From the NCBI GenBank assembly GCA_964408725.1, contig CAYPAN010000002.1, positions 1 through 38,730 of the forward strand: a stretch of 38,730 nucleotides of DNA, in the 5' to 3' direction. Under the pieces are notes generated by a model. It did not search any database, was not told where the DNA came from, and saw only the letters and a program-made list of their open reading frames with translations. The DNA is from an uncultured Candidatus Saccharibacteria bacterium (lineage in GTDB: Bacteria > Patescibacteriota > Minisyncoccia > Phycocordibacterales > UBA9973). This document shows positions 24,489-32,830 of this stretch, piece after piece (positions within the stretch are counted from its first letter, which is position 1; each line of letters begins with the position of its first letter). Both the position numbers and the translations under genes were made by a program.

Positions 24489-25339
24489 TATGCTTGTCCT
24501 TTTTTAGATTTGCCTGTTTTGCGACGAGAAACGATAAACAGATTGGAATATTTCTTTGGACCGCGAGTCTTGCGTCCGCCTGTAACCTTGCCCCACATAG
24601 TCTTCGGGCGTTTGGTTCCGCGTCCTTGTCTGCCTTCTCCGCCTCCGTATGGATGGTCTACCGGGTTCATAGCGGTGCCTCGAACGGTCGGCCTTATTCC
24701 CTTCCAACGAGAGCGTCCGGCTTTGCCGTAATTCTCCAAATGATGTTCTTCGTTTGAAACTGTGCCTACGGATGCCCAACAATTTTCATCTATTTTTCTG
24801 ACTTCCGATGAAGGCATTTTTAAATTCGTATAGCCGTCGGCATTGGCCACCACTTGGGCAAAAATTCCGGCGGAACGGCCGATTTTCGCCCCACCTCTTG
24901 GTTTGATTTCAATATTATAAACGAAAGTTCCAACAGGGATATTTCGCAAGGGCAATCTGTTGCCGGCTGTAAGTTCCGCTTTTTCCGAAACAACAAAGGA
25001 CATTCCCGGTTTTACGGATTTCGGAATTACCACATATCTTTTTTCTCCATCTTTATAAACGGCAAGCCCTATAAATGCGCTGCGATTTGGGTCATATTCA
25101 ATGGATTTTATTTTTGCGGGAATATCTTTTTTGTCATATAAAAAATCTACATCACGATAAAGGCGTTTGTGCCCGCTGCCTTTGTGTCTCATAGTGATAC
25201 GTCCGGCGCTGTTTCTGCCTACGGAACGCCTAAAACCGTAAGTCAGCGACTTGGTGGGCTTATCCGCAGTCAAAAACTCACGATAATTTATATTCGTCAT
25301 CTGCCTTCTTGATTTGCTTGTGGGTTTGTATGATTTCAT
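24488..25339 (-). CDS. rplB: 50S ribosomal protein L2
   Basis: Translation (GRNSAGRITMRHKGSGHKR ... HPYGGGEG) fits L2. Confidence 0.96.
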   Translation of the reverse strand: MKSYKPTSKSRRQMTNINYREFLTADKPTKSLTYGFRRSVGRNSAGRITMRHKGSGHKRLYRDVDFLYDKKDIPAKIKSIEYDPNRSAFIGLAVYKDGEKRYVVIPKSVKPGMSFVVSEKAELTAGNRLPLRNIPVGTFVYNIEIKPRGGAKIGRSAGIFAQVVANADGYTNLKMPSSEVRKIDENCWASVGTVSNEEHHLENYGKAGRSRWKGIRPTVRGTAMNPVDHPYGGGEGRQGRGTKRPKTMWGKVTGGRKTRGPKKYSNLFIVSRRKTGKSKKGQA

Positions 25340-25352
25340 CTTATTTAATATA

Positions 25353-25634
25353 TTAAATAAATTCTATCTTATCTCCTTTTTTTAAGTAAACAAGGGCTTT
25401 TTTGCCTCCTCCCCGCACCCCAGCTTTGCCTTTAGACATAATGTTTTTATATGGTATTGGAAGTATATTTATCTTTACCGAATGCACTTTGTAAAGCGAA
25501 AAAATAGCTTTTTTTATTTCTTTTTTATTGGCCTCCGCCGAAACATTAAAAGCATAAACATTTTGCGCGGATGCGTCACTTGCTTTTTCAGTCACTCTGG
25601 GATTTTTAATTGTTTTTAATATTATGTCTCTCAT
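25353..25634 (-). CDS. rplW: 50S ribosomal protein L23
   Basis: Translation and position fit L23. Confidence 0.93.
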   Translation of the reverse strand: MRDIILKTIKNPRVTEKASDASAQNVYAFNVSAEANKKEIKKAIFSLYKVHSVKINILPIPYKNIMSKGKAGVRGGGKKALVYLKKGDKIEFI

Positions 25635-25643
25635 ATATTTAAA

Positions 25644-26303
25644 TTATCCGCGGGATTCCAAAAATTTCACGCTTTCTTCCGGATTTTCTATTAAAAGATA
25701 CTGGTATCTCAAAACGTCAAGCGGATTTAAATTTTTAAGGAATACTATTTCAAGCTGCGGCAAATTCCTGAAACTCTTTTCTGTTTTTTCATTTCGTCCC
25801 GATAGCGCGACAAGAACCTTGGGCTTTTGTGAACCCGCTAAAGATTTCCAGCCGGAAGCTTTTGAAAGATTTTTCATTACTTCCAGCGCTTTTTTTGTTT
25901 TTGTTTCGGATAAAGAAAGAGAATCGACAAAAAGTATTTCCTTGTCTTTCATCTTTTTGGATAAAACAGAAAACAAAGCCTGAGCGCGCATTTTTTTTGA
26001 AATTTTTCTTTTATAGTTTTTCTCGGAAAGCGGACCGTGGGTAATTCCTCCTCCCACCCATATAGGAGAACGGGAAGAGCCGTGACGGGCGCGTCCGGTT
26101 CCTTTTTGTTTCCAGGGCTTTTTGCCTCCGCCGCTGACTTCACTACGGTCTTTAGTATCTGCGGTTCCTGCGCGTTTATTTGAACGCATTCCCTCCACTA
26201 CTTGATGCACCAAGTCTGCGCGCCATTTGGCGGCAAAAACTTTTTCAGGCAGTGTTATTGTTCCCGCTCCGGCACCTTTTTGATTGTATATTTTTGTTTC
26301 CAT
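25644..26303 (-). CDS. rplD: 50S ribosomal protein L4
   Basis: Translation (GGGKKPWKQKGTGRARHGS) fits L4. Confidence 0.95.
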   Translation of the reverse strand: METKIYNQKGAGAGTITLPEKVFAAKWRADLVHQVVEGMRSNKRAGTADTKDRSEVSGGGKKPWKQKGTGRARHGSSRSPIWVGGGITHGPLSEKNYKRKISKKMRAQALFSVLSKKMKDKEILFVDSLSLSETKTKKALEVMKNLSKASGWKSLAGSQKPKVLVALSGRNEKTEKSFRNLPQLEIVFLKNLNPLDVLRYQYLLIENPEESVKFLESRG

Positions 26304-26918
26304 TTATCTGCTGACTATTTCAACCAAACTTCCGCGTCGACCGGCTATCGCCCCTTTTATAAGCATCAAATCATTTTCTTTATCCAAAAAAACAACTTTT
26401 AAATTCTTCTGCGTGATACGGTCGCTACCTGTTCTGCCAGCCATTCTCATTCCTTTAGGCACATGCGTGCGCAACCCTCCGCCGATAGAACCGGGCTCTC
26501 TTTCAGAATGCTTTTGACCGTGCGTTCGCGGACCTCCGTGAAAACCATGGCGCTTCACAACGCCTTGGAAACCCTTACCCTTGGAAATACTTGAAACTTG
26601 AAGCTTATCACCTAAAGAAAAAGCGGAAATATCAATGACGTCTCCCTCTTTAACATCATTCGTATCTCCGGGTTTTAATCTGAATTCTTTCAGAGTTTTA
26701 TAAAAAGCTCCTTTCATAGCTCCTCTTTCTCCTTTGGTAACCCTACTTTCTTTTTGAACACCAAAACCCACCTGCACGGCGCTATAACCATCTTTAGATT
26801 TCTCAAAAACTTTAGTTACAGTCACCGGTCCTGCTTTAACGACGGTCACCGGAAAAATCTGCCCCTCGGGAGAAAAATACTCAGTCATATTCTCTTTTTT
26901 TCCAAGAATGAATTTCAT
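26304..26918 (-). CDS. rplC: 50S ribosomal protein L3 (start at ATG 26918, not 26999)
   Basis: MKFILGKKENMTEYF is an L3-like N-terminus. The upstream 27 codons run into rpsJ and look non-coding. Confidence 0.93.
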   Translation of the reverse strand: MKFILGKKENMTEYFSPEGQIFPVTVVKAGPVTVTKVFEKSKDGYSAVQVGFGVQKESRVTKGERGAMKGAFYKTLKEFRLKPGDTNDVKEGDVIDISAFSLGDKLQVSSISKGKGFQGVVKRHGFHGGPRTHGQKHSEREPGSIGGGLRTHVPKGMRMAGRTGSDRITQKNLKVVFLDKENDLMLIKGAIAGRRGSLVEIVSR

Positions 26919-26937
26919 AGTAGCTATTTTATTGCTT

Positions 26938-27387
26938 CTACAGCATCTTGACGTCAATATCAACTCCGGAAGGAAGAGATAAGTTAGTAAGAGCTTCAAC
27001 CGTTTTCGCGTTTGGATTTATAATATCAATAAGTCTTTTATGAACCCGAATCTCAAACTGTTCCCGCGTATTTTTATAAATAAAAGACGCGCGATTAACC
27101 GTATATTTTTTTATCTCTGTGGGCAACGGCACCGGACCTACAATTTCCGCATCATAGCGCATAGCCGTGTCTATAATTTGTTTTACGGAGCTATCCAAAA
27201 TCTTACTCTCATACGCTCGTACACGTATGCGAAGTATTACTTTGCTTTCTTCCCCGCTAGCATGGACAAGTTTCTTCTCTTTCTTAGAAGAAACTTTCTT
27301 TTCGCTTGAAACGGACCCGTTTTTGACGGAAACTTTCTTTTCAGACAAAGCTTTCGGCTTTTTTGTTTTTAATTCTTTAGTTGCCAT
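26938..27387 (-). CDS. rpsJ: 30S ribosomal protein S10 with a Lys/Ser-rich N-terminal extension of about 46 aa
   Basis: The conserved S10 core starts at ILRIRVRAYE. The extension MATKELKTKKPKALSEKKVSV... precedes it. Confidence 0.93.
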   Translation of the reverse strand: MATKELKTKKPKALSEKKVSVKNGSVSSEKKVSSKKEKKLVHASGEESKVILRIRVRAYESKILDSSVKQIIDTAMRYDAEIVGPVPLPTEIKKYTVNRASFIYKNTREQFEIRVHKRLIDIINPNAKTVEALTNLSLPSGVDIDVKML

Positions 27388-27402
27388 GCAATTTTATCAA
27401 AT

Positions 27403-28596
27403 CTAACCCAAAATTTTAGTGACCACTCCCGCGCCAACTGTCTTGCCTCCTTCACGAATGGCAAATCTTTGTGCCTCTTCAAGGGCAACTGGTGTAACCA
27501 ATTTAACCGTTATTTTTACTGTATCTCCGGGCATAACCATTTCCACTCCTTCAGCTAAAGTGACATCGCCTGTAACATCCGTGGTGCGAATATAAAATTG
27601 AGGCTTGTAACCTTTGAAAAATGGAGTATGACGTCCGCCTTCTTCTTTCTTCAAAACATATATTTCGCAGGTAAAGTGGTCGTGCGGAGTAACTGTGCCA
27701 GGCTTTGCCAAGACTTGTCCTCGAGTGACATCTTCTTTCTTCAAACCGCGAAGCAATACACCGGCATTGTCTCCGGCCATACCTTCTTTAAGATTCTTGT
27801 TGAACATTTCAATACCCGTGACGGTTGATTTCTGGGTAGGCTTTATTCCGACGATTTCCACTTCTTCATCAACTTTTATCACGCCTCTTTCAATCTTTCC
27901 GGTGACAACTGTGCCGCGGCCTTCAATCGAAAATATGTCTTCAACAGGCATAAGGAAAGGCTTGGAAATATCTCGCACTGGAATCGGAATATAAGTATCA
28001 AGGGCATCAGTAAGTTCAAGAATTTTCTTTGCCCACGGGTCATCGATAGACTTTGATTCAAGAGCTTTAAGGGCGGAACCACGGATAACCGGGGCGCCTG
28101 CGCCGTCAAAACCTTGTTTTGTCAAAAGTTCACGAATCTCCTCCTCAACCAAGTCAATCATTTCTTTATCATCAACCATATCGCACTTGTTTAGGAATAC
28201 GATTATCTTTGGCACACCGACTTGCTTCGCAAGCAGGACGTGTTCGCGGGTCTGAGGCATAGCCCCGTCAGTCGCGGCAACCACAAGAATAGCGCCATCC
28301 ATCTGGGCGGCACCGGTAATCATATTTTTGATGTAGTCAGCGTGTCCGGGAGCATCAATGTGCGCGTAGTGTCTTGCATCCGTTGAATACTCGTTGTGGG
28401 AAATGTTAATGGTGATTCCACGGGCTTTCTCTTCAGGAGCATTGTCGATTTGGTCAACGCCGCGAAGTCTGACTGTTTTACCAGCCATATTAAGCACATG
28501 AAGTATTGCCGCAGTTAAAGTGGTCTTACCATGGTCAACGTGACCGATAGTACCGACGTTTATGTGCGGTCTGTCTCTTTTAAATTCTTCTGCCAT
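27403..28596 (-). CDS. tuf: Elongation factor Tu
   Basis: [19 protein letters not shown] and the rest of the translation are canonical EF-Tu. Confidence 0.98.
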   Translation of the reverse strand: MAEEFKRDRPHINVGTIGHVDHGKTTLTAAILHVLNMAGKTVRLRGVDQIDNAPEEKARGITINISHNEYSTDARHYAHIDAPGHADYIKNMITGAAQMDGAILVVAATDGAMPQTREHVLLAKQVGVPKIIVFLNKCDMVDDKEMIDLVEEEIRELLTKQGFDGAGAPVIRGSALKALESKSIDDPWAKKILELTDALDTYIPIPVRDISKPFLMPVEDIFSIEGRGTVVTGKIERGVIKVDEEVEIVGIKPTQKSTVTGIEMFNKNLKEGMAGDNAGVLLRGLKKEDVTRGQVLAKPGTVTPHDHFTCEIYVLKKEEGGRHTPFFKGYKPQFYIRTTDVTGDVTLAEGVEMVMPGDTVKITVKLVTPVALEEAQRFAIREGGKTVGAGVVTKILG

Positions 28597-28666
28597 AAAA
28601 CTTGTACGATTAATAGTTAAAACTTAACATACGAGAACCAGTTGCTAAGGCTTAATTACTAACTTG

Positions 28667-28683
28667 TCCGCCTTTCTGGCGGA
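28667..28683 (-). other. Small GC hairpin in the tuf leader that resembles a tRNA acceptor minihelix
   Basis: tccgcc (28667-28672) / ggcgga (28678-28683), with a 5-nt loop. The 14-mer ctaacttgtccgcc (28659-28672) is identical to 2374-2387 at the 3' end of tRNA-Ile. Confidence 0.3.
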
Positions 28684-28713
28684 TTAAATTAAACTAATAA
28701 TAAAAATGCAATA

Positions 28714-28735
28714 TAAAAACTGCAGAAAGTGCAGT
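28714..28735 (-). terminator. Intrinsic terminator downstream of the receiver-domain gene, also the 5'-proximal hairpin of the tuf leader
   Basis: Minus strand reads ACTGCA-ctttc-TGCAGT, followed by TTTTTATATT. Confidence 0.6.
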
Positions 28736-28742
28736 TGTTAGT

Positions 28743-28770
28743 ATAGTAGCAAATTATAAAACATTGTCAA
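28743..28770 (-). promoter_or_regulatory. Near-perfect promoter for the tuf-rpsJ... transcription unit
   Basis: Minus strand reads TTGACA (28770-28765, overlapping the TGA stop of the receiver gene), a 16-nt spacer ending in TGc, then TACTAT (28748-28743). Confidence 0.65.
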
Positions 28771-29201
28771 ATTTTAAGGGATTTTTCTATCGCCTCAGAA
28801 AGTTGATTTACAGAGAAGGGTTTTGCAAGGTACACGGCGCCTGAATCATCAACGATTTTCTTGTTTCTAATTTCGTTGCTAATATCTCCCGAATACACAA
28901 TTACGTGTAATTGTTTAAGATTATTATCTGCGCGAATCTTGGCAAGCGCTTGCATACCATCCATTTTAGGCATTTCTATGTCAGTAATCACAAGACCAAA
29001 CTCCCCAGGTTTTGCAGTAGCTAATCTATCCATAAGTTCTTGTCCATTCTCTACCGTCTCTACAGTACAGCCTAAAATTTTTAGAATCGTGGCAGTCATA
29101 GACAACATTGCCTTTGTGTCATCAGCCACGAGAACATTTTTGTTCCACGTTTCTTCTGTTTCTGTCCTCTTTCCTATTTGTGGCGGTCCTGATTCTCCCA
29201 T
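28767..29201 (-). CDS. Single-domain response regulator (CheY-like receiver only)
   Basis: Acidic pocket VADD, phospho-acceptor context VITDIEMPKMDG, VYSG, and conserved Lys in LAKPF. There is no output domain and no histidine kinase in the window. Confidence 0.85.
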   Translation of the reverse strand: MGESGPPQIGKRTETEETWNKNVLVADDTKAMLSMTATILKILGCTVETVENGQELMDRLATAKPGEFGLVITDIEMPKMDGMQALAKIRADNNLKQLHVIVYSGDISNEIRNKKIVDDSGAVYLAKPFSVNQLSEAIEKSLKI

Positions 29202-29220
29202 AATCTATATTCTATCATAA

Positions 29221-30015
29221 TTATCTATATTTCTCTATTTCTTCATAAAGCTTTTTTGCTTCCTCCTTTGGACTACTGCCAAAAATTATGCCGCGAGAAG
29301 AATTCATGATGAGTCCCAAACCCTCTTTATTTAGGCCTGCTTTCATAACAGATTTAATATCCCCTCCTTGCGCGCCTATACCAGGAACCAGAAAAGTCAT
29401 ATCCCCAACGATAGAGCGAATTTTCTTCATTTCTTCCGGATAAGTCGCGCCTACGACAAGCATGCAATTTTTATTTTTATTCCAATTCTTGAAAACTTTT
29501 TCAGCCACAATTTGCCAGATTGTTTTTCCTTTTATTTTTAAATCCTGCAATTCTCCCGCCCCGATGTTTGAAGTCCGGCAAAGAATAATGCAGCTCTTAT
29601 CTTTTCTGTCTAAAAATGGCTGCAGGGCTTCTTTTCCCAAGTATGGATGCAGAGTAATTGCATCAAAATTTAGCCAATCAAAAATTGCTGATACATAACC
29701 ATTGTTCGTATTGCCAATGTCCGCTCTTTTGGCGTCAAGAATCGTAAAAATATCCGGATGATTTTTATTTAAATATTCCATTGTCATTTTCAGCTCTTTT
29801 ATGCCTTTGTCGCCGCGAGCTTCATAAAAGGCGCTATTTGGCTTATAAGCGGCTGTATATTCATTCGTTTCTTTGATAATCCATTTATTAAATTCAAACT
29901 GCGGAAATTTGAGTTTCAAAAATCGTTTTGGAATTTTGGCAAAATCGGAATCCAAACCCACGCAAAGAAGTGAATTTATTTTATTGGCTCTTTTATTGTA
30001 CTTATCTATAATCAT
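29221..30015 (-). CDS. pyrF: Orotidine 5'-phosphate decarboxylase
   Basis: LCVGLDSD and DAKRADIGNT motifs. Confidence 0.85.
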   Translation of the reverse strand: MIIDKYNKRANKINSLLCVGLDSDFAKIPKRFLKLKFPQFEFNKWIIKETNEYTAAYKPNSAFYEARGDKGIKELKMTMEYLNKNHPDIFTILDAKRADIGNTNNGYVSAIFDWLNFDAITLHPYLGKEALQPFLDRKDKSCIILCRTSNIGAGELQDLKIKGKTIWQIVAEKVFKNWNKNKNCMLVVGATYPEEMKKIRSIVGDMTFLVPGIGAQGGDIKSVMKAGLNKEGLGLIMNSSRGIIFGSSPKEEAKKLYEEIEKYR

Positions 30016-30021
30016 TTTTAT

Positions 30022-30642
30022 TTATTTTTCTCTAAAAATTTCTTTCCCGTGCCCGACTTTGGTATTTATTGGCACATTTTTTTTACAAAATGGACAATTT
30101 TGGGCTTCATAAGTAGTGACGTAAAGCTCGGAAAGAAAATCAAAAGGGATATCAAGCGTGTCGGAATTCAAATCTTTATTCTTATTCACCATCGCGCAAG
30201 CGGATATTAAAATTCCTCCCGCATTTTCCACCGCTTTCGCGCTTTTTAACATTGAGCCGCCGGTCGTGACAATATCTTCCACGATAAGCGCTCTTTTTCC
30301 TTTTACAAAATTTTCATACCCGCGGGTAAAAATTTGGCCGCCATCCTCGGATTTTTCAGTGTAAACTCCCAACACTTCCCTGCCGCAAAGATTGCTTAAG
30401 TGAAAAGCCGTCCACTGCGATAGAATGATTCCGCCCAAAGCGGGACCGACCACGACTTCAATATTTTTATCCTTATATTTTTCCGCCAACAGCCTGCACA
30501 CACGAGATGTTTCTTCCGTATGCGGATATAAAAAATCCTTGTTCACGTATGTGTCAAAATGCAATCCTGAAGTACCCACAAAGTGTCCGTTTTGCAATAT
30601 CGCGCCGACTTTTTTCAATATATCAATAACCTCATTATTCAT
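30022..30642 (-). CDS. pyrE: Orotate phosphoribosyltransferase
   Basis: PRPP-binding motif ALIVEDIVTTGGS, in pyr-cluster context. Confidence 0.85.
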   Translation of the reverse strand: MNNEVIDILKKVGAILQNGHFVGTSGLHFDTYVNKDFLYPHTEETSRVCRLLAEKYKDKNIEVVVGPALGGIILSQWTAFHLSNLCGREVLGVYTEKSEDGGQIFTRGYENFVKGKRALIVEDIVTTGGSMLKSAKAVENAGGILISACAMVNKNKDLNSDTLDIPFDFLSELYVTTYEAQNCPFCKKNVPINTKVGHGKEIFREK

Positions 30643-30646
30643 ATCG

Positions 30647-31738
30647 TTATCTTAGCTTTTCCTTTATCTCCTTGGCAAGATAAGGGTTCCACATCGCTCC
30701 GGTAGCCGACATTACAAAGTCCGCTCCGGCACTTTTGTACTCAAAAAAATCCTCTGGTGTCATAACCCCTCCGACTCCGATAATTTTAAAATCTGCCCCG
30801 ATTTTTTCCCTGATTTTATTTAATTTTTTTACCATTTCAAGACCCGCCCACTTTATGGATGCTCCGCATACACCGGAACGCAGTCTATTTTTCCCCGGCA
30901 GAGCTTGGTTGCCCTCTTTATCCACCACTTCCACAGAGATTGTATTGATAGCGGAAATCGCCTGCGCATATCTTGATGCAATATTTGCCAACTTTTCTAT
31001 ATCCGCGTCATTTTTATAATAACCAACCTTTAGAATAAGCGGAGTGTTTCCGATTTCTTTCCTGATAGCCCGACAAATTCTTTCCGTCATATCCAGGTTA
31101 TAGCAAACCAATCCTTCATTGCCGATATTCGGACAAGATAAATTTGTCTCCAATACTTTTGCTCCTGTTTTTAAGGCTTGGCCTGCCGCCAACACGTAAT
31201 CGGCTATAAATTCTTCCGCTGTTTGATTTTCTTTAACCGTGCCCATAAAACTTAAAATCAAAACTTGTCCGGATCCGGCATAAGAAACAGCTTTTTTCAC
31301 GTCTTCCTGCCAAACTTTCGGGTCTTTGGAAGGCACTCCGAAAGAATTGGTAATGGAAATCGGTTCGGAATAATTATTGTCCGCAACCAATTTACTTTGC
31401 GCCTTTTCGTAAGTTAAATCTCCTTCTACTTTTACAGAGAGAACATTCGGATACGGATGACACGGGAACGACGCAGACCGGACGGTCTTGTAAACGCAAA
31501 TATCAAAACCTTTTTGAAAAGCGCCTCGGCAAAAGTTGGAATTCAAAAGCGGTCCGGCCGGAATGCCAAAAGGAGAATTTATTTTTAAATCAAGAAAATC
31601 ATATTTAAGGGAAGGGCTTTTCTTCTCCGAAGGAGAAGGAGAGTCCTTGCCCTTTGGTATTTCGGCAAAAGCGCCGAACGGTCCATCCTTAAAATTCTCT
31701 TCATATGATTTCTCTGGGTTATAAAATGGCGTGTTCAT
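30647..31738 (-). CDS. pyrD: Dihydroorotate dehydrogenase, class 1-like (Cys catalytic base)
   Basis: TIM-barrel flavoenzyme pattern with NLSCPN and GVGGV. There is no adjacent pyrK-like gene. An N-terminal extension of about 50 aa is present. Confidence 0.8.
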   Translation of the reverse strand: MNTPFYNPEKSYEENFKDGPFGAFAEIPKGKDSPSPSEKKSPSLKYDFLDLKINSPFGIPAGPLLNSNFCRGAFQKGFDICVYKTVRSASFPCHPYPNVLSVKVEGDLTYEKAQSKLVADNNYSEPISITNSFGVPSKDPKVWQEDVKKAVSYAGSGQVLILSFMGTVKENQTAEEFIADYVLAAGQALKTGAKVLETNLSCPNIGNEGLVCYNLDMTERICRAIRKEIGNTPLILKVGYYKNDADIEKLANIASRYAQAISAINTISVEVVDKEGNQALPGKNRLRSGVCGASIKWAGLEMVKKLNKIREKIGADFKIIGVGGVMTPEDFFEYKSAGADFVMSATGAMWNPYLAKEIKEKLR

Positions 31739-31744
31739 ATTTTT

Positions 31745-32782
31745 TTAAGCAATTATTTTACCATTCTCTAAAATTTTCTTACCTTTTACAACTACCGTCT
31801 TGGGTCTGCCATAAAGGGTCATACCATCAAACGGCGACCAGCCACATTTTGTCTCATACCCATTCTCTCCCGCCACATAGGCCAAATCAGGGTCAACTTC
31901 CATATAAGTATCAGGTTGTTCCAGAACATTGAAAATATTTTTTGGGTTTGTATATAAAAATTTTAGCACGTCATCTTTTGTAATATGTCCGTCTTTCACT
32001 GCTCTATACATAAGCCCTAAGGCGGTCTCAAGCCCGGGCACGCCAAAAGCCAGCGGGGTTTTTTCTTTTTCTTCTTTAGTATGCGGAGCGTGGTCGGTTT
32101 CAACAATATCAATAGTGCCGTCTTTAAGTCCTGCCCATAATGCTTCTCTGTCGGATTCCGCGCCAAGCGGCGGCTTCATCATGGCATACCCTTTCATTTT
32201 CAAAACGGCATCTTCGGTAAAATACAAATGGTGCGGTGTGACACCGGCAGTCACTTTCTGTCCTTTTTTCTTGGCTTCTCTTACTAATTCTACCTCAGTA
32301 GCTTGTGATATATGGCATACGTGGATTCTTCTATCGTATTTCTGCGCAAGAAAAAGCGCCGTTACTAATTGTGGACCTTCGGCGTGAACTAAAATTGGTT
32401 TTGCCGAATTCCAAGCGGAAAAAACTTTATCAAGCAAGGTTTCGTATTCAATAAGCATCTCTCCGGTAGTGTGGTTGCAATAAATTTTTAGGCCATATAC
32501 ATAGGGTGATTCCCAAGCATTTTTAAACTCGCTTATATTTTTACCATCGGTGCCAAAATGAAAACCAATATCACAAAGTGCTTTTTTTGAGAGTCTTATT
32601 TTTTCATCCAATCGCTCTTTGGAGATGGTCGGCAAAGGGTTATTGGGCATATCAATAATGAAAGTGAACCCGCCGGCGATAGCCGCGCGGCTTCCGGTAT
32701 AAAAATCTTCTTTATGCGTAGCTCCCGGCTCGCGCAAATGCACATGGACATCAATAAGCCCGGGAATTCTTTGAAGCGACAT
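31745..32782 (-). CDS. pyrC: Dihydroorotase (short, 345 aa amidohydrolase)
   Basis: DVHVHLREPG (HxH), VHAE, VCHIS and ETDHAPH metal-ligand pattern. Confidence 0.8.
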   Translation of the reverse strand: MSLQRIPGLIDVHVHLREPGATHKEDFYTGSRAAIAGGFTFIIDMPNNPLPTISKERLDEKIRLSKKALCDIGFHFGTDGKNISEFKNAWESPYVYGLKIYCNHTTGEMLIEYETLLDKVFSAWNSAKPILVHAEGPQLVTALFLAQKYDRRIHVCHISQATEVELVREAKKKGQKVTAGVTPHHLYFTEDAVLKMKGYAMMKPPLGAESDREALWAGLKDGTIDIVETDHAPHTKEEKEKTPLAFGVPGLETALGLMYRAVKDGHITKDDVLKFLYTNPKNIFNVLEQPDTYMEVDPDLAYVAGENGYETKCGWSPFDGMTLYGRPKTVVVKGKKILENGKIIA

Positions 32783-32830
32783 ATAAAAAAGCTTATCACT
32801 TTTGCAAAATTAGGGCAAAAAACCTTTTAT

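Noticed and set aside
26919-26999. The ORF track gives long N-terminal extensions for rplC (from 26999), rpsH (from 20452) and rpsS (from 24406).
   Set aside because: The extensions overlap the preceding genes or spacer, look non-protein-like (for example MKLLLTYLFLPELILTSRCCRS), and one starts at TTG. Canonical family N-termini begin at internal ATGs (26918, 20395, 24391).
2374-28672. An identical 14-mer, ctaacttgtccgcc, occurs at 2374-2387 (tRNA-Ile 3' end) and at 28659-28672. I considered whether these are attL/attR of an integrated island.
   Set aside because: The 26 kb between them is core translation machinery, with no integrase or mobile genes. With about 1.5e9 position pairs (both orientations) in a window of this size, a few exact 14-mer coincidences are expected by chance, especially in biased composition. 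I kept it only as a weak tRNA-remnant idea in the tuf leader finding.
28767-28769. I considered an alternative genetic code (UGA as Gly or Trp), as in some CPR lineages or Mycoplasma-like organisms.
   Set aside because: All conserved proteins (EF-Tu, EF-G, SecY, FtsH, r-proteins) are full-length under the standard bacterial code with no in-frame TGA needed. TGA also terminates the receiver-domain gene at a sensible position. Code 11 fits.
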